Assembly (NCBI GenBank): GCA_040767085.1
Contig: JAXGPF010000019.1
Coordinates: 1 to 49,604, forward strand
From: Kiritimatiellia bacterium
GTDB taxonomy: Bacteria; Verrucomicrobiota; Kiritimatiellia; JAAZAB01
Reading direction: 5' to 3'
DNA: 49,604 bases
Shown: positions 9,404 to 17,208 of the stretch, one piece after another
Numbering within the stretch: position 1 is the stretch's first letter
How the letters are laid out: every line of letters starts with the position of its first letter
Translations under genes and position numbers: made by a program
The notes under the pieces: model-generated
What the model saw: only the letters and a program-made list of their open reading frames with translations
The model's database searches: none
What the model was told of the DNA's origin: nothing

Positions 9404-10372
9404 ATGCCTGCTGACAAAATTTTACTTGGAGTTGACATTGGCGGCACGAAAATTGCCGTCTGCGCCGGCGATGCCGCCGGCAATATCCGCGCCGCGCAAC
9501 GATTCTCCGTTGCCGAGGTCGCCGATAGTTATCCGGCCGGTTTGTCAAAAATCGTCGAAATGGCCCAGGCGGTTGTGGGCCAGGCCGGCCTGGCCATGCG
9601 TGATGTCGCCTCGGTGGGCATTGCCGCTCCCGCCCCCATGGACAACCGGCGCGGATTGCTGCTGGCGCCGACTAATCTCAAGGGCTGGGGAACAGCGCCG
9701 ATCGTCGCCGACCTGGCAGACCGCCTGGGCAAACCCGTCCGGATGTTTAATGACGCCAATGCCTGCGCCCTCGCCGAATTCCGGTTTGGCTGCGGGCGCA
9801 ACGTCAAAAACCTGGTTTATTTGACCAACAGCACTGGCATGGGCGGCGGCCTCATCATCAACGGCCAATTGCTGGAAGGTCCGGACGACACGGCCGGCGA
9901 AGTCGGGCATTTTGTCCTGGACCCCGCCGGACCGCCCTGCCCCTGCGGCTTAAATGGCTGTTTTGAGGCGTACTGCGGCGGACGTAACATGGCGCGGCGC
10001 ATCCAGGAACGGATCCGCGCGGGCGGCATCCAGACCCGCATTTTGGCCCATGCTGCCGGGCAAATTGACCGGATCGCCATGCCGGCTCTGCTGGCGGCGC
10101 TGCGTGAAAAAGACCCGTTCGCGCAGGAAGTGTGGGATGAATACGTGCTCCGCATGGCGCAAGGCATCGGCATCCTGATCATGACGCTCAACCCCGAACT
10201 CGTGGTGCTGGGCACCATCGCCATCCACGCGGGCGACCTGCTGATGGCGCCCCTGGCGAAACTCCTGCCCCGGTTTGCCTGGCCGGCGCCTTTAAAAACC
10301 TGCCGGATTGCCGTCAGTTCCCTGGGAACGGCCATGGGCGACTATGCCGCCCTTGCCGCCGCCATGGGTTGA
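9404..10372 (+). CDS. ROK-family sugar kinase (glucokinase-like)
   Basis: GVDIGGTK, NDANACALAE, STGMGGG, AGEVGH, CPCG..GCFE. Confidence 0.92.
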   Translation: MPADKILLGVDIGGTKIAVCAGDAAGNIRAAQRFSVAEVADSYPAGLSKIVEMAQAVVGQAGLAMRDVASVGIAAPAPMDNRRGLLLAPTNLKGWGTAPIVADLADRLGKPVRMFNDANACALAEFRFGCGRNVKNLVYLTNSTGMGGGLIINGQLLEGPDDTAGEVGHFVLDPAGPPCPCGLNGCFEAYCGGRNMARRIQERIRAGGIQTRILAHAAGQIDRIAMPALLAALREKDPFAQEVWDEYVLRMAQGIGILIMTLNPELVVLGTIAIHAGDLLMAPLAKLLPRFAWPAPLKTCRIAVSSLGTAMGDYAALAAAMG

Positions 10373-10414
10373 ATGCCGGCCGGCCGCGCGTCCCCGCGAA
10401 AATGTTGAAAAGTC

Positions 10415-10442
10415 TTGACTCTCCCTTGCCGGATGCTATCTT
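10415..10442 (+). promoter_or_regulatory. Sigma70-type promoter upstream of the tRNA-derived array and tRNA-Asn
   Basis: TTGACT-N16-TATCTT with extended -10 TG at 10434-10435. Confidence 0.65.
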
Positions 10443-10548
10443 ATTACCCGCTTTGTGTCGCTGTCAAAACCGGTTGGAGCGTGTCGTCCGGCATCCGCTG
10501 GGCGGTGGCGGCTTGGCCGGTTGGCATCCGATGCTCGGGCGCGGTGAT

Positions 10549-11116
10549 TTCTCGGTAGCTCAATGGTAGAGTCCGGCGGTTGCCGGATTAACCACCAGGT
10601 TGCCGAAAAATAGTTTTGTTCCTCGGTAGCTCAATGGTAGAGTCCGGCGGTTGCCGGATTAACCACCAGGTTGCCGAAAAATAGTTTTGTTCCTCGGTAG
10701 CTCAATGGTAGAGTCCGGCAGTGGCCGGATTAACCACCAGGTTGCCGAAAAATAGTTTTGTTCCTCGGTAGCTCAATGGTAGAGTCCGGCAGTGGCCGGA
10801 TTAACCACCAGGTTGCCGAAAAATAGTTTTGTTCCTCGGTAGCTCAATGGTAGAGTCCGGCGGTTGCCGGATTAACCACCAGGTTGCCGAAAAATAGTTT
10901 TGTTCCTCGGTAGCTCAATGGTAGAGTCCGGCAGTGGCCGGATTAACCACCAGGTTGCCGAAAAATAGTTTTGTTCCTCGGTAGCTCAATGGTAGAGTCC
11001 GGCAGTGGCCGGATTAACCACCAGGTTGCCGAAAAATAGTTTTGTTCCTCGGTAGCTCAATGGTAGAGTCCGGCGGTTGCCGGATTAACCACCAGGTTGC
11101 CGAAAAATAGTTTTGT
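10549..11116 (+). repeat. Tandem array of eight 71-bp tRNA-Asn-derived units with a palindrome in place of the anticodon arm
   Basis: Units start at 10549, 10620, 10691, 10762, 10833, 10904, 10975 and 11046. Unit = tcctcggtagctcaatggtagag-TCCGGC(ggtt/agtg)GCCGGA-ttaaccaccaggttgc-cgaaaaatagttttgt. Confidence 0.97.
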
Positions 11117-11191
11117 TCCTCGGTAGCTCAATGGTAGAGCGGGTGGCTGTTAACCACTAGGTTGCAGGTTCGAGCCCTGCCCGAGGAGCCA
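11117..11191 (+). tRNA. tRNA-Asn (GTT)
   Basis: Cloverleaf: acceptor tcctcgg/ccgagga, D arm gctc/gagc, anticodon stem ggtgg/ccact with loop ctGTTaa, GGTTCGAG T loop, encoded CCA. Confidence 0.97.
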
Positions 11192-11206
11192 CTTTTTGAT
11201 CTTTCA

Positions 11207-11485
11207 ATGACATGTTATGTCTATGTCATTGTATCTTTGCAAAGCGGTCGGTTTTACGTAGGCCAAACCGACAACCTGCTTCTGCGTTATAAGCGTCACG
11301 CCAGTGGCACGGTGCATTCCACCAAGCATTTGCTCCCGCATGTTGTAGGCCATGTGGAAGAATACCCATCGCGTAAAGACGCCATGCGTCGCGAAAAGCA
11401 GCTCAAAGAACATGCAGGCCGGGCATGGATTAGCGCCTGTGTTTTGCCCCTCGTCCGCGAGTGGTATGCGGTAGCTCAATGGTAG
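11207..11485 (+). CDS. Small GIY-YIG nuclease (UPF0213/SLX1-like), 92 aa
   Basis: YVYVI...FYVGQTDNL..RYKRH...ST...EEY.SRKDAMRREKQLK. The stop codon lies inside the downstream tRNA-like copy. Confidence 0.9.
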   Translation: MTCYVYVIVSLQSGRFYVGQTDNLLLRYKRHASGTVHSTKHLLPHVVGHVEEYPSRKDAMRREKQLKEHAGRAWISACVLPLVREWYAVAQW

Positions 11486-11545
11486 AGTCCGGCAGTGGCC
11501 GGATTAACCACTAGGTTGCAGGTTCGAGCCCTGCCCGAGGAGCCA
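11465..11545 (+). pseudogene. Pseudo-tRNA-Asn with palindrome-substituted anticodon arm
   Basis: Identical to tRNA-Asn from cggtagctc to CCA, except cgggtggctg is replaced by tccggcagtggccgga. The 5' acceptor strand is degenerate (tatgcgg). Confidence 0.9.
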
Positions 11546-11552
11546 TTCGGTC

Positions 11553-11752
11553 GACAACTCGAACTTGCGGAACGGCAGGTTCGGCTTCCTTTTTCGCCCC
11601 GCCCCCGACGCCACCAGCCCGAAAGCCCCAACGTTTACGGGGTTCCGATGGATCGCCGTCCACTGCCCGACCACCCAGCCGACGGCCCGAAAAGCCCCAA
11701 GTTCGAGTTGTCTGCGTACTGGCAGTCTTTACTGGACTGGGCTCGAACTTGC
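11553..11752. repeat. Inverted repeat / att-like remnant next to the tRNA 3' end
   Basis: gacaactcgaacttg (11553-11567) and caagttcgagttgtc (11698-11712) form a perfect 15-bp inverted repeat. The second continues into gggctcgaacttgc, resembling the tRNA T arm on the opposite strand. Confidence 0.6.
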
Positions 11753-12319
11753 TGGCCACGGCCAGATTTTCCACTGCCCGGCAGTGGAGATCCGGGCGTT
11801 TCCTGGCGGATTTATGGGACAAAACGGGATCGTGGGAGACGTTCAGATGGGCTGGAAGACCAGACCAAAGAATTTGCTGAACTTGACAAACACAACTTCC
11901 CGCCCCCTGCCACCTTGTGTGGCAGGAGCGGCGAGGTAATGGGAGGGGGGGCGGGCGGAACCTGGGCGGCGAGGCGAAGTAGGCTTTATGCGGCAGAACG
12001 CACCTCGCGGGGGCGGTCTGCCGCATAAGGACAACTTCAGGTTCGGCATAAAGCCTACCTCGGATGCAAGCTGAAGAAGCAACCACGAGTCTGAACTTGG
12101 ATTAGTCCTTTCGGTGCAGCATGTTACACATTATCGTCGCCGATATCCTAAAAGACTTGACCAGCAAGTGAATGGTTCGGTAAGCTTAAGCTGTTGTGAT
12201 GAATGTTACTCCGTGAAGTACGCTCAATAACACTGTTGACCTTAAGAGAAGAAATGACACATTGGGTCATAGCCTCCTGCGGGGTGCTAGTGACCTTCCC
12301 CCTTTGACTGATCCATCCG

Positions 12320-13243
12320 CTAAGAGAGTCCAACAGAGAGCATCATAGCCCCGTTTTTTTGGTTGTCCACCCCTCTTTGTGCTTCCATACCGGCCCCCTT
12401 GGGGGGAATGGGGGCCGGCGCAACCGCCTGAGCTTCCGCAAATTCGATTGGCGTCAGGTGTCCCAGGGCGCTGTGGGGGCGGCACTCATTAAAATCCCAG
12501 CGCCAATTCTCGATAATACTCCTGGCATCCGGCAAACTGACGAAATAGTTCCCGTTGAGGCATTCATCGCGAAACCGGCCGTTGAAACTTTCGATGTATC
12601 CATTTTGGGAGGGCTTCCCTGGTTCAATGAAATACAGTTTCACGTCCCGTGTATATGCCCAGGCATCCAAGGCTGCACTGGTAAACTCCGGTCCATTATC
12701 CATCATGATTTGCCGGGGGTAACCCCGCTGACACCCTAGTTCCTCGAGCGTACGGGCTACCCGACCGCCTCCGATAGAGGTGTCCGGCACGAGCGCCAGG
12801 CACTCCCGGTTAAAGCAGTCCATGATCGCCAGCACCTTGAGCTTGTGTCCGTTGGTCATCGTGTCACTGACAAAATCCATCGCCCACAACTCGTTCCTGA
12901 CTGTTGGCTTTGCCAGCGGCTCGCGCTCACCGTGACTGACACGCTTGCGGTTGCGCCGCCGAACTTGCAATCCCTCCTCCCGATACAGCCGCTCGATCCG
13001 CTTGTGGTTGTCTTTCCAGCCTTCCCGCCGCAGTTGCACCACGACCCGCGGGCTGCCCCAGCGGACCCGCTTCTGTGCGACCGCTCGGATCGCCGCCCGC
13101 AATGGCTCGTCCGTCCTCGCTCTGCCCTTGTAGTAGAAACTACTGCAGCGGATCTGCATCAACCCACAGCTACGCCGCGCGCTGACCTGGTAGGACTCGA
13201 CCAGGTAGTGCGCGGCGCCCCGCCGTGCCGTGGGCGTTACCAT
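12320..13243 (-). CDS. IS3 transposase OrfB (DDE domain; expressed by -1 frameshift)
   Basis: [44 protein letters not shown]. Confidence 0.93.
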   Translation of the reverse strand: MVTPTARRGAAHYLVESYQVSARRSCGLMQIRCSSFYYKGRARTDEPLRAAIRAVAQKRVRWGSPRVVVQLRREGWKDNHKRIERLYREEGLQVRRRNRKRVSHGEREPLAKPTVRNELWAMDFVSDTMTNGHKLKVLAIMDCFNRECLALVPDTSIGGGRVARTLEELGCQRGYPRQIMMDNGPEFTSAALDAWAYTRDVKLYFIEPGKPSQNGYIESFNGRFRDECLNGNYFVSLPDARSIIENWRWDFNECRPHSALGHLTPIEFAEAQAVAPAPIPPKGAGMEAQRGVDNQKNGAMMLSVGLS

Positions 13244-13503
13244 TTTTTTGAGACGACATCCTTCAGCATCTGGATGTCCAGCGCCTGGTCGGCTACCAGC
13301 CGCTTCAGCCGCCGGTTCTCTTCTTCCAGGCCTTTGAGCCGCTTGGCCTCGCTGATCTCCATCCCGCCATACTTCGCCTTCCAGCGGTAAAATGTGCCTT
13401 GCGCAATGCCGTGTTTACGCAACACCTCCGGCATCGGCATCCCGGCTTCCGCCTCCTTCAGCACCCCGATAATCTGTTCCTCACTGAACTGTTTTCCTCG
13501 CAT
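13237..13503 (-). CDS. IS3 transposase OrfA (HTH)
   Basis: [12 protein letters not shown]...[12 protein letters not shown]...[14 protein letters not shown]. Confidence 0.93.
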   Translation of the reverse strand: MRGKQFSEEQIIGVLKEAEAGMPMPEVLRKHGIAQGTFYRWKAKYGGMEISEAKRLKGLEEENRRLKRLVADQALDIQMLKDVVSKKW

Positions 13504-13668
13504 CTTTGTCCTCCTCGGGCTACTCTACCCAATTGAGGACTCTCTTTCAATACGGTCCAGTTTTTAGGGAGAACGTCAAGACGACATTCTGATTCCCGTC
13601 GTAGGAAGCGTGGGGTCTGGAGCAGGCATCCTGATGGGCATCTCAACCCTCAGAAGAGAAGCGAAAGA

Positions 13669-13741
13669 GGCGAACCTCACATCCGACGGTATTCGTCAAC
13701 CCGCGGACGGGTCGCCGAAACCGTCAATGTGAACGTTAGCG
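13669..13741 (+). other. attC-like integron cassette recombination site 1
   Basis: R'' ggcgAAC, L'' cacatccgacggt pairing with L' accgtcaatgtg with an extra base, inner hairpin, R' GTTagcg. Confidence 0.6.
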
Positions 13742-13811
13742 CGACGCGAAGCGCGTCGCGCTAACGAGCGGGCGCTGTCCCCAGCACGTTGTTGCTCCGC
13801 GCTTCGCGCGT

Positions 13812-13897
13812 CGTTAACAACGCGCCGGACCGGACGCTCGCCCCTGCGCACGCAAGCGTACTCCGGGGCGGCGCCGGTCAGCGCCCGCCCGTTCGGC
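13812..13897 (+). other. attC-like integron cassette recombination site 2
   Basis: R'' cgttAAC, gcgccggaccgg / ccggtcagcgc with an extrahelical base, long inner stem, R' GTTcggc, followed by AGGAG and an ATG. Confidence 0.65.
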
Positions 13898-14015
13898 AAA
13901 AAGTGAAGGAGAAAAGAGCATGAGTGCGCCAAGCGAAGCTGGCGCGCACCAAACCGGCAAAGCCGGCGCGACCAAAGGCTAATCAGCAGAGTGTGGCTGG
14001 CATGGTCTCATTCAT

Positions 14016-14387
14016 TCAGAAGCGAGACACTCGCCATTTCCCGTCCTCCAATTTTAGGTCCAATAAATCTTGGTATTTCTTGCCGTCTGTACACGTGACG
14101 GAAACTGTGTACCGAACGGCCTTGTCAGTCTTTTCTGTTACCGTCAGTGTAAAGTCGACGATTTGTCCCGACTGGTAATAGGGATTGAGCGATTCATCGG
14201 TGACACCACCCAAGAGTGCTGCCGTCTGACTCATGTCCTTCGAGAGATACTCTTGGACAGCCAGGTGTTTGCCATCTTTCAATAGTTGCATGAATTGCCG
14301 AGCATATGCATCTGGGTTGCCTGACCGGCTGCAGCCGCAGAGCAATGCCGTGATCACCAAGACAGCTAATGTTCTTTGAATCGCCAT
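14016..14387 (-). CDS. Small lipoprotein (probable NTF2-like/DUF4878-like fold)
   Basis: AGGAGG RBS, lipobox LLCG-C, C-terminal LKLEDGKWRVS. Confidence 0.7.
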   Translation of the reverse strand: MAIQRTLAVLVITALLCGCSRSGNPDAYARQFMQLLKDGKHLAVQEYLSKDMSQTAALLGGVTDESLNPYYQSGQIVDFTLTVTEKTDKAVRYTVSVTCTDGKKYQDLLDLKLEDGKWRVSRF

Positions 14388-14517
14388 ATCGTTGTTCCTC
14401 CTGATGCCAACACTCACGGGTCGCTTCCAGCAAGCCGATGGGGCTGCTTCCTTTCAACTGTGATGCCAAGTTCTTCGAACACGGCATTTGGTGTGGCTTC
14501 ATATGTGATTTTGACCT

Positions 14518-14817
14518 CTAGACGCCCAACACGAATTCCCGACCTGCCTGGTCCTGTCCCGAAAGATGGCATCGGACAACTTCATCGGTTACGGGAAGAA
14601 ACTGCCGGTGTGGGCATTCGGCACATTGAAATTTGCGTTTATCGCAAACGTCTCTGACCCATTCGTTGGCACAAGCCGGGCTATAACCTGATCGGCCGGT
14701 TTTACGGCTCTCGAAACGCCGTGGATACACATCCTCCCGCCCTCGAAAAAGGGATCGGAATAAGGTTATCTTGGTAGCGGACGTAGAACGTTGATCAACT
14801 TGTTGGAGAAAATCCAT
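14518..14817 (-). pseudogene. Truncated N-terminus of a TOTE-type AEP primase-domain / DEAD helicase protein
   Basis: KITLFRSLFRGREDVYPRRFESRKTGRSGYSPACANEW...CAECPHRQFLPVTDEVVRCHLSG. Stops at 'LGV*', where the family normally continues GVYP. Confidence 0.7.
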
Positions 14818-15847
14818 TAGTTTTCCGGAACTTCGGCTTATTAATCAATTTTTCCGTGGATTCCAATTGCGTTAAAATTGCATCAAAAGCTTGTGGCTCT
14901 GTCATAAACATATCAGCCATACCCCGGTAATCCTGCCCGATCGCCCTGCGCCGTTCCGTCGGCGGCATGAGATGAAAGCTACCCGGCACGGCGCTTTCAT
15001 AATGCGCCCAACCGGAACGGAAATATGTCTGCTTATGCGAGCGCACTCTTTCCAATAGTTCCAAATCCCGCATCGCACACTGTCCCGCCGCATGCCGACT
15101 CAATGCGACCAGATCGGAATAATGCCGTGACACGCCAACCGGCAAAGGATTTCCTGAAGGCCGGTGATACTCGGCATGCAAAAGCGTGGCTTTTTCCCAG
15201 AATGTTCGTTCCGCTTCAAGCGCAACAACCGGACTATCAGCATCCTCAAACAAGGAGGGAAACACCTCAGACGCCAGCGACCTAATTGAATGCGCGCCGG
15301 TAGGGCGCTGATCATAAAGCGAGCCAAACTCAAGCTTCACCTGTGGACTTAAAGAACCTGTCTGTTCAGAATGCGGATATGCGAACAGCAATACTGGCGA
15401 ATGTGTAGCCTCGTCCACCTCAAAAGTCAGTGCCTTTGCCGGCAAGCCCGGCAAGTTGGCGGCAATATGCCGCACCAATGCTGGTTGAAATTTGTCTCGT
15501 ACCATCTTTTTACAGGCGTCCTCAAGGGCCCTAACTCGTTTGTCGAACTGCGAGCGACTTTTTGCCGCATCCGGGCGTAAATCTCCGGCAAACCCCAACC
15601 AATTGGGATCAACGGAAAGATCTATATCTTCCGAGAAACGCTGGATTATGTTGAATACTTTTGAGAGCGATGTTCCACCCTTGAACACAAGATGACTACC
15701 CAGTTCCGGATCGGTAAAAATCAACCGCAACAGCCAGCAGACCCAGAAATCCTTCTCTACAATGTGCGGACCTATAGCGCGCTGCGCGCCTGCCTCGCGA
15801 AAGATGCGGTTCAGCTCCGTAGCGGAACGGCGTGCAAACTCAAGCAT
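14795..15847 (-). CDS. AbiEii/AbiGii-family nucleotidyltransferase toxin (type IV TA)
   Basis: VEKDFWV, FKGGTSLSK, RFSEDIDL, ERTFWEKAT, SRHYSD. Start overlaps the stop of the upstream antitoxin. Confidence 0.92.
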   Translation of the reverse strand: MLEFARRSATELNRIFREAGAQRAIGPHIVEKDFWVCWLLRLIFTDPELGSHLVFKGGTSLSKVFNIIQRFSEDIDLSVDPNWLGFAGDLRPDAAKSRSQFDKRVRALEDACKKMVRDKFQPALVRHIAANLPGLPAKALTFEVDEATHSPVLLFAYPHSEQTGSLSPQVKLEFGSLYDQRPTGAHSIRSLASEVFPSLFEDADSPVVALEAERTFWEKATLLHAEYHRPSGNPLPVGVSRHYSDLVALSRHAAGQCAMRDLELLERVRSHKQTYFRSGWAHYESAVPGSFHLMPPTERRRAIGQDYRGMADMFMTEPQAFDAILTQLESTEKLINKPKFRKTNGFSPTS

Positions 15848-16460
15848 ATGCCTCCTTTCCAGCGACCTCCGCCAAAATGAGACGCATCCACCCCGGCGCA
15901 TTCAACCGGTCCTTAAGCAACTGTTGCTTATCGGCGGCGCTCAACCTGCGCGATAATATCCGCCGGTGTGCATGGGTTAGCCGTTCTTTGCCGATATACC
16001 GCAGCGCCTGAACCACCATTCCGCTTATCGTGCCGGCAATCGCCATGTTTTTAGGCGTTGTTCGCCTCAGTATGATTTCCTGGTTGCCAATGCGGATTCG
16101 ACGCGGTGCACCATCGGTCAAAAACACAATTCGAGACGGCACCTGTTCGGACAAACCCAACAGGTTTGCTGCATACGCGCCAGCAGGCTGAATACGAATG
16201 CCACGCCCCCTGGCCAAAGCCCGGGCAACCGCCTCCGGATTAGGGGACAACGTTCCAAGTTCTTTGTGGGTTTGCGGAAATTCATAAAGTCCCTGCGCCA
16301 GCCGCCGGATGATTCCGCGCTGCGTCAGCCGGTGTAAGGCCGTCCACACAGCCGCCGTGCCGCCGAGGTCGGCAAAATCGGTCGCCGTAAAACACCACCC
16401 CCTGCGGTTGCATTGAATCCGCTTAACTATAGTTTGTTCCGTCTGTTGCATAATTCTCAT
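15840..16460 (-). CDS. AbiEi-type antitoxin (DUF6088-like)
   Basis: FTATDFADLG, LHRLTQRGIIRRLAQGLY, GAYAANLLGLSEQVP, LTDG; coupled to the AbiEii gene. Confidence 0.88.
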   Translation of the reverse strand: MRIMQQTEQTIVKRIQCNRRGWCFTATDFADLGGTAAVWTALHRLTQRGIIRRLAQGLYEFPQTHKELGTLSPNPEAVARALARGRGIRIQPAGAYAANLLGLSEQVPSRIVFLTDGAPRRIRIGNQEIILRRTTPKNMAIAGTISGMVVQALRYIGKERLTHAHRRILSRRLSAADKQQLLKDRLNAPGWMRLILAEVAGKEAYA

Positions 16461-16470
16461 CAGTTGTTTG

Positions 16471-16502
16471 TTGTAAGGAAATAAGACCAGTTTTCCTTAC
16501 AA
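16471..16502. promoter_or_regulatory. Inverted-repeat operator upstream of abiEi
   Basis: ttgtaaggaaa-N10-tttccttacaa about 10 bp upstream of the start. AbiEi proteins are known to autoregulate via promoter inverted repeats. Confidence 0.6.
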
Positions 16503-16593
16503 TAAGCAATCCGAAAATTAAAGTCCACCGAATCGGTTGCGAGAGACCTGTCGTTCGCGTACATCAACCTCCACCAGCATCTCCCGGTACCGC

Positions 16594-16860
16594 TCAATCT
16601 TGTCTTTCATCAATCGGCATAATGGTCAACGGCCGTAAGCGGCGCTCTGTAAAATACTGCAAAACAACCGGATCTTTGGTTCCGGCCAGGATATCTTTGA
16701 TTTCAGCCGGGAGTTTGGTCACCAGGGCGGTCAGAAGCACTGGTTGATCAGGAACAATCCAACTCATCCTCAATCCCGACACCCGGCGGCGGGTAATTCC
16801 CTCCCGGCGAATCCTGGCGTAGCGCCGCTGGACCAGCATCAAAATCCTGATGGGGCGATT
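16594..16860 (-). pseudogene. Degenerate HTH gene of the kind found in serine-recombinase island modules
   Basis: Fragments 'ARIRREGITRRRVS' and 'KLPAEIKDIL...FTERRLRPL' resemble this family as I recall it; no clean start. Confidence 0.35.
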
Positions 16861-16980
16861 ATTGGGGCGTTTCGGGGCGTTTATTGGGGCGATTCGGGGC
16901 GATTTGGGGCGTTTAGCGAGCCGTTTCGGGCTGTTTCGGGCCGTTTTTTGAGCCGTTTCGGGCCGTTTCGGGCCGTTTCC
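16855..16980. repeat. Degenerate tandem 10-11-mer repeat
   Basis: About a dozen imperfect ggggcgtttc / ggccgtttcg units. Confidence 0.7.
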
Positions 16981-17208
16981 CGGCAATACGATTTGGTGGA
17001 CATGGGAAGGAAAGCGCTGGAAAACACACGATAGCATGGCTGGTGCGCCGGCATACCGGCGCGGAAACGGTCGGATCAAAGAGCGCCTGGAGATATGGGC
17101 GGCAACGAATATTGCTGCCATGCTGGAAAAACCAAAGGAGTCCGGCCGGGTAATTGGTGACACGCAGGGCGGCGCAAAGCGTAAATTATTAAAATATTGG
17201 ATCGATCC

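Larger units (their letters stand above)
12291..13578 (-). mobile_element. IS3-family element (IS407-like), 1288 bp
   Basis: Imperfect terminal IRs TGACGTTCTCCC / TGACCTTCCCCC; overlapping orfA/orfB with an A7 run before TGGTAA at the junction. Confidence 0.9.
12254..13732 (+). pseudogene. Small hydrophobic cassette-like ORF interrupted by IS3
   Basis: Removing the IS and one 'ag' joins MTHWVIASCGVL to DDILIPVV...ANLTSDGIRQPADGSPKPSM* (62 aa), which reads through the attC-like site. Confidence 0.4.

Noticed and set aside
10549-11116. CRISPR array
   Set aside because: No unique spacers: whole 71-bp units are repeated, the repeat is tRNA-derived, and no cas genes are present.
10549-11116. Cluster of functional tRNA genes
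   Set aside because: Units lack the T loop, the 3' acceptor strand and an intact anticodon arm.
11770-11788. Hairpin containing ccggcagtgg, shared with the B-type array palindrome
   Set aside because: Only a 10-nt match in GC-rich DNA; chance cannot be excluded.
11495-12086. ORFs 11495-12028 (+) and 11511-12086 (-) as an integrase
   Set aside because: They overlap tRNA-like and palindromic DNA and show no tyrosine- or serine-recombinase catalytic motifs.
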